Source of the DNA: Acetofilamentum sp. | GTDB lineage: Bacteria > Bacteroidota > Bacteroidia > Bacteroidales > DTU049 | Direction of reading: 5' to 3' | Length of the DNA: 19,050 bases | NCBI GenBank assembly: GCA_020720525.1 | Contig: DYON01000012.1 | Coordinates: forward strand, 2,611 to 21,660 | Shown: positions 16,004 to 19,050 of the stretch, one piece after another | Numbering within the stretch: position 1 is the first letter of the stretch | Layout of the letters: every line of letters starts with the position of its first letter | The notes under the pieces: model-generated | The model's database searches: none | What the model saw: the letters and a program-made list of their open reading frames with translations, nothing else | What the model was told of the DNA's origin: nothing | Position numbers and translations under genes: made by a program

Positions 16004-16744
16004 ATGAAAAGAATTTTTATCTCTTTGGCTTTCTCGCTGATGTTTGTGGCTACCTACGCTCAATGCACCCCTGGTGCTTATACCACACCTGGTATTTACC
16101 CCGATACAACCATCAATCTTCCTCAAGGTGTCGTTACTCAGTCTTACCTTGGAGTTATTACTGCTGTTGTTCCTGCCGATACAGTCATTAGTGGACTTAC
16201 GGCCACCATCGATTCGATTGGTGTTATTGATGTTATTGGACTTCCCACAGGTTTTGCATGGGCAGCAAACACTGCAAGTGCATATTTCCATGGTGGAACT
16301 ACTGGATGCATTGGTATTTATGGAACACCTACTGTTGGGCAGAATAGTACTTATCCTTTGATGATTAGAATTTTATCGGTTGGTAAAATTTATGGAACGG
16401 CAACTACTTTACCCGACACACTTTATGGCTATAAAATTGTAATTCTCGATTCAACTCATGCTGGTTTGATCGATAGTCGCCTGTTTCCATTTGGTGTGAA
16501 AGAAGTTTACCCAAACCCAGCTACAACTGTTGCTACAATTGTTGTAACCAACCCCGACGCTGCTACAATTGGTGTTCGCATCAACGATATGCTTGGTCGT
16601 ATGGTTTCATATTCAGAGCAACGAATCAACGCTGGTGAAAATAATATCAATGTAAATGTAGCATCGTTGCCAGAAGGTGTATATTTCTACACTGTAACCA
16701 AAGGCAGTAGTGCCATCACTCGCAAACTCATTATTGAAAGATAG
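16004..16744 (+). CDS. Small secreted protein (~170-aa passenger of unknown function) with a T9SS type-A C-terminal sorting domain. Start at MKRIFISLAFSLMFVATYAQ (ATG 16004)
   Basis: Signal peptide; CTD: KEVYPNPATTVATIVVTNPDAATIGVRINDMLGRMVSYSEQRINAGENNINVNVASLPEGVYFYTVTKGSSAITRKLIIER. Confidence 0.75.
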   Translation: MKRIFISLAFSLMFVATYAQCTPGAYTTPGIYPDTTINLPQGVVTQSYLGVITAVVPADTVISGLTATIDSIGVIDVIGLPTGFAWAANTASAYFHGGTTGCIGIYGTPTVGQNSTYPLMIRILSVGKIYGTATTLPDTLYGYKIVILDSTHAGLIDSRLFPFGVKEVYPNPATTVATIVVTNPDAATIGVRINDMLGRMVSYSEQRINAGENNINVNVASLPEGVYFYTVTKGSSAITRKLIIER

Positions 16745-17655
16745 TGACATTTAATTTGACCATCATAGGTTCCGGTTCTGGAGCTCCTTTGCCTGGTCGA
16801 TTCACAAGCGCTCAGGTACTCAATGTGCATGAGCGTTTTGTTTTAATCGACTGTGGCGAAGGAACACAAATCAATCTTCGACGATTTGGCATCAATTTCA
16901 ATCGAATTGAACTGATTCTTATATCGCATTTGCATGGCGATCATTATCTCGGACTTCCTGGTTTGCTAAATACGTTTCATTTGCTTGGTCGAACAAAAGA
17001 ACTGCATATTGCAGGACATCGCAAATTGAAAGAACTAATCGATTTCATTTTCAAAATAGCGGGTTTTGAACCATCGTATCCAATTCATTTTCATGTAATT
17101 GACTATTTTGAACCCAACTATCAACTGCTGTTTCCATCGTATAGCGTAAATTTCTTTTCTCTTTTGCATCGAATTAAGGCTACTGGTTTTAGAATTAGCG
17201 AAATCGGGACATCTGAAAAAATTAGTAAAGAGTTTATTGCCAAATACAAACCCGATATTGAAACGATACAAGCATTAAAAACTGGAAACGAATTTTTCGA
17301 TAACGATGGCAATTTGATTCCTCGAAGCGAAATTTTTATTCATGCTTCCCCGCCCCGTTCGTTTGCTTATGCTTCCGATACCGTTTTTTCGCGCGACATT
17401 ATACCGCATATTGAAAATGCGAATTTACTTTACCACGAAGCTACTTATGCATCGGCATTGCAAGTATCGGCAGTCGAAAAAATGCATTCTACATCGGTCG
17501 ATGCTGCTACAATTGCTCTCGAAGCAAAAGTGAAAAAGCTTGCAATTGGCCATTTTTCGTCGCGATACAAAGTTCCAGATCTGTTGCTCGAAGAAGCTAA
17601 AGCCATTTTCCCTAACACTATTGCCTGCAGCGATGGGTTGAAAATTGAAATCTAA
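16744..17655 (+). CDS. rnz: Ribonuclease Z (tRNA 3'-processing endonuclease), with a GTG start overlapping the upstream TAG by 1 nt
   Basis: HLHGDHYLGLPGLL (HxHxDH metallo-beta-lactamase motif), IIGSGSGAP, a C-terminal His motif, and ~300 aa length. Confidence 0.8.
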   Translation: MTFNLTIIGSGSGAPLPGRFTSAQVLNVHERFVLIDCGEGTQINLRRFGINFNRIELILISHLHGDHYLGLPGLLNTFHLLGRTKELHIAGHRKLKELIDFIFKIAGFEPSYPIHFHVIDYFEPNYQLLFPSYSVNFFSLLHRIKATGFRISEIGTSEKISKEFIAKYKPDIETIQALKTGNEFFDNDGNLIPRSEIFIHASPPRSFAYASDTVFSRDIIPHIENANLLYHEATYASALQVSAVEKMHSTSVDAATIALEAKVKKLAIGHFSSRYKVPDLLLEEAKAIFPNTIACSDGLKIEI

Positions 17656-17761
17656 TTGTTGATTATTGTTGCTTGCTCACTCAAGTTAGCTAATTAATAC
17701 AAAATAGTTACTGAATGATAATTAGAATATAATTTGTTTTGTTCAATATGCGTAGAATTTG

Positions 17762-17769
17762 TATATTTG
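17762..17769 (+). promoter_or_regulatory. -7 box TATATTTG upstream of the terminal partial gene; the 49-nt leader contains GGGAGG 8 nt before the ATG
   Basis: Read directly. Confidence 0.35.
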
Positions 17770-17818
17770 TTTGTTATTGAAATCATTGGTATTTATGTAA
17801 AATTGGGAGGATAACAAA

Positions 17819-19050
17819 ATGAACAGAAGTATAACTTTCAGGTGGCTCATGTTCTTTTTTTTGCTTATGCTGGCATTAAATAGTATTAAGGCTCAAACAT
17901 TTGTTCAGCCTTGTATTTTTGATACACGACTTTCGATAAACGATGCCTGTCCTACATGGCAAACAACTAACTATGGCGCTTCAACTACACTTGCAGTAAT
18001 AACTTGGACTTGGGTTGGAGTGGGTTGTGGGCAAGGCAATCAGCGTCCATTGCTGCAATTTGATGTAAACCCAGTTACTTCCCCACAGGCATTGTACGAC
18101 AACAGAGCAACACTCAAATTATATTTTCCACCTGGCTCCACCGAATATCAAGAGTATGTAGGAGCCGCAACCGATAATCAGTTTTATGTTCAGCGAGTTA
18201 CGAGCAATTGGAACGAAAATGTTGTAACGTGGAATACTCAACCTACTATTACTTCAACAGGACAAATAACAGTTCCTTCGAGCACTTCACAAACTCAAGA
18301 CTACACAATTAATGTTTCAACACTTGTTTATAATTGGATCTGTGGTGGAGCTACAAACTATGGTATTCGCATGCAGCAAGTAAATGAAGGAAATACTTAT
18401 CGTAGGGTTACATTTTGTTCGAGAGAATATGCCACCGCTGCGAAGCATCCAACATTAACTTTAGAATATGCATATATTGCAGCTTCTGCTCCAGATACAA
18501 TTTGTGGTGGTGGAAACTTCAATCTTAATTGCTCACTTACAAATGCTAGTAATCCAGCTGGTTATAATTTTCAATGGCTTCATCAGAACTCAGGTACAAC
18601 CTACAACACACAAAATGTGAGCAATCCTACAACAACTTCAGGGTTGAATACATATATTGTAACAGTAACTAATCCTTGGTGTCAAACAGCAAAAGACACT
18701 GTTACTGTTTTTATCGATAATAGTGCTGCTATTTCTGTTTCGCCTTCAACAGCTTATGTTTGCCCTGGAGCCTCTACTACTCTTGTGGCAAGTGGAGCAA
18801 GCACTTATAACTGGAGCAACAGTCTTGGAAGTGGCGCATCGCAAACAGTGAGCCCATCGTCGAATACAACTTACACCGTTACTGGCACTACAGCTGCCGG
18901 ATGTACCTCTACTGCTTCGGCAACAGTAAATATAAATGCTGTACCAACTGTATCTGTGTCGGTTTCGCCCACATCGAATTGTCCAGGACAAAACACAACC
19001 TTAACCGCCTCTGGCGCAGCAGTATATTCATGGAACACCGGTGCTGGAAC
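17819..19050 (+). CDS. 3'-truncated large secreted protein, not in the ORF track. Signal peptide, an N-terminal ~200-aa beta-sandwich-like module with DNRxxL and VTWNTQP motifs (DNRLRE/CBM-like as recalled), then tandem Ig/PKD-like Cys-containing repeats. Probable T9SS adhesin-like cargo
   Basis: ATG 17819 followed by 410 open codons to the window edge with no stop, checked manually. MNRSITFRWLMFFFLLMLALNSIKAQ signal; repeats ...SVSPSTAYVCPGASTTLVASGASTYNWS... / ...SVSPTSNCPGQNTTLTASGAAVYSWN... Confidence 0.7.
   Translation, partial: MNRSITFRWLMFFFLLMLALNSIKAQTFVQPCIFDTRLSINDACPTWQTTNYGASTTLAVITWTWVGVGCGQGNQRPLLQFDVNPVTSPQALYDNRATLKLYFPPGSTEYQEYVGAATDNQFYVQRVTSNWNENVVTWNTQPTITSTGQITVPSSTSQTQDYTINVSTLVYNWICGGATNYGIRMQQVNEGNTYRRVTFCSREYATAAKHPTLTLEYAYIAASAPDTICGGGNFNLNCSLTNASNPAGYNFQWLHQNSGTTYNTQNVSNPTTTSGLNTYIVTVTNPWCQTAKDTVTVFIDNSAAISVSPSTAYVCPGASTTLVASGASTYNWSNSLGSGASQTVSPSSNTTYTVTGTTAAGCTSTASATVNINAVPTVSVSVSPTSNCPGQNTTLTASGAAVYSWNTGAG

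Noticed and set aside
18746-18991. 81-aa minus-strand ORF near the window end
   Set aside because: Antisense to the repeat region of the open 17819-> frame; Cys/Ser/Arg-rich artefact.
1-19050. CRISPR arrays, retron/DGR-like reverse transcriptases, toxin-antitoxin pairs
   Set aside because: No regularly spaced direct repeats and no RT, nuclease or TA-like small gene pairs seen on either strand.

Overview
Composition and signals point to a Bacteroidota chromosome: AT-rich, with TAnnTTTG -7 promoter boxes 17-22 nt upstream of most start codons, almost no Shine-Dalgarno sequences, and T9SS C-terminal sorting domains. The segment is mostly core genes with several accessory-looking insertions. Gene order: (1) ATP-dependent PEP carboxykinase (pckA) whose reading frame carries two lesions, an in-frame TAG at codon 30 and no stop at the conserved C-terminus, so it reads 213 extra codons of unknown function. 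(2) A minus-strand NfeD(YqiJ-like)-flotillin(YqiK-like) operon. (3) A tRNA-Met(CAT) with its own bidirectional terminator. (4) A signal-peptide outer-membrane beta-barrel candidate. (5) A 487-aa class-V PLP enzyme. (6) A 654-aa secreted lamin-tail-domain/SprB-repeat/PKD protein with a T9SS type-B (CHU_C) C-terminal domain. (7) A second SPFH module: a COG4260-type SPFH protein carrying a polyQ/polyP linker and a GYF_2/DUF4339-like tail, followed by a double-zinc-ribbon, C-terminally membrane-anchored partner, separated by a perfect 12-bp-stem palindrome. (8) An arginase-family ureohydrolase tightly coupled to trmH. (9) rpsA. (10) A small T9SS type-A CTD cargo overlapping the GTG start of rnz. 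(11) A large signal-peptide cargo protein that runs off the window end and is absent from the ORF track. I revised several ORF-track starts downstream using the promoter-box position. I found no CRISPR array, integrase or transposase.
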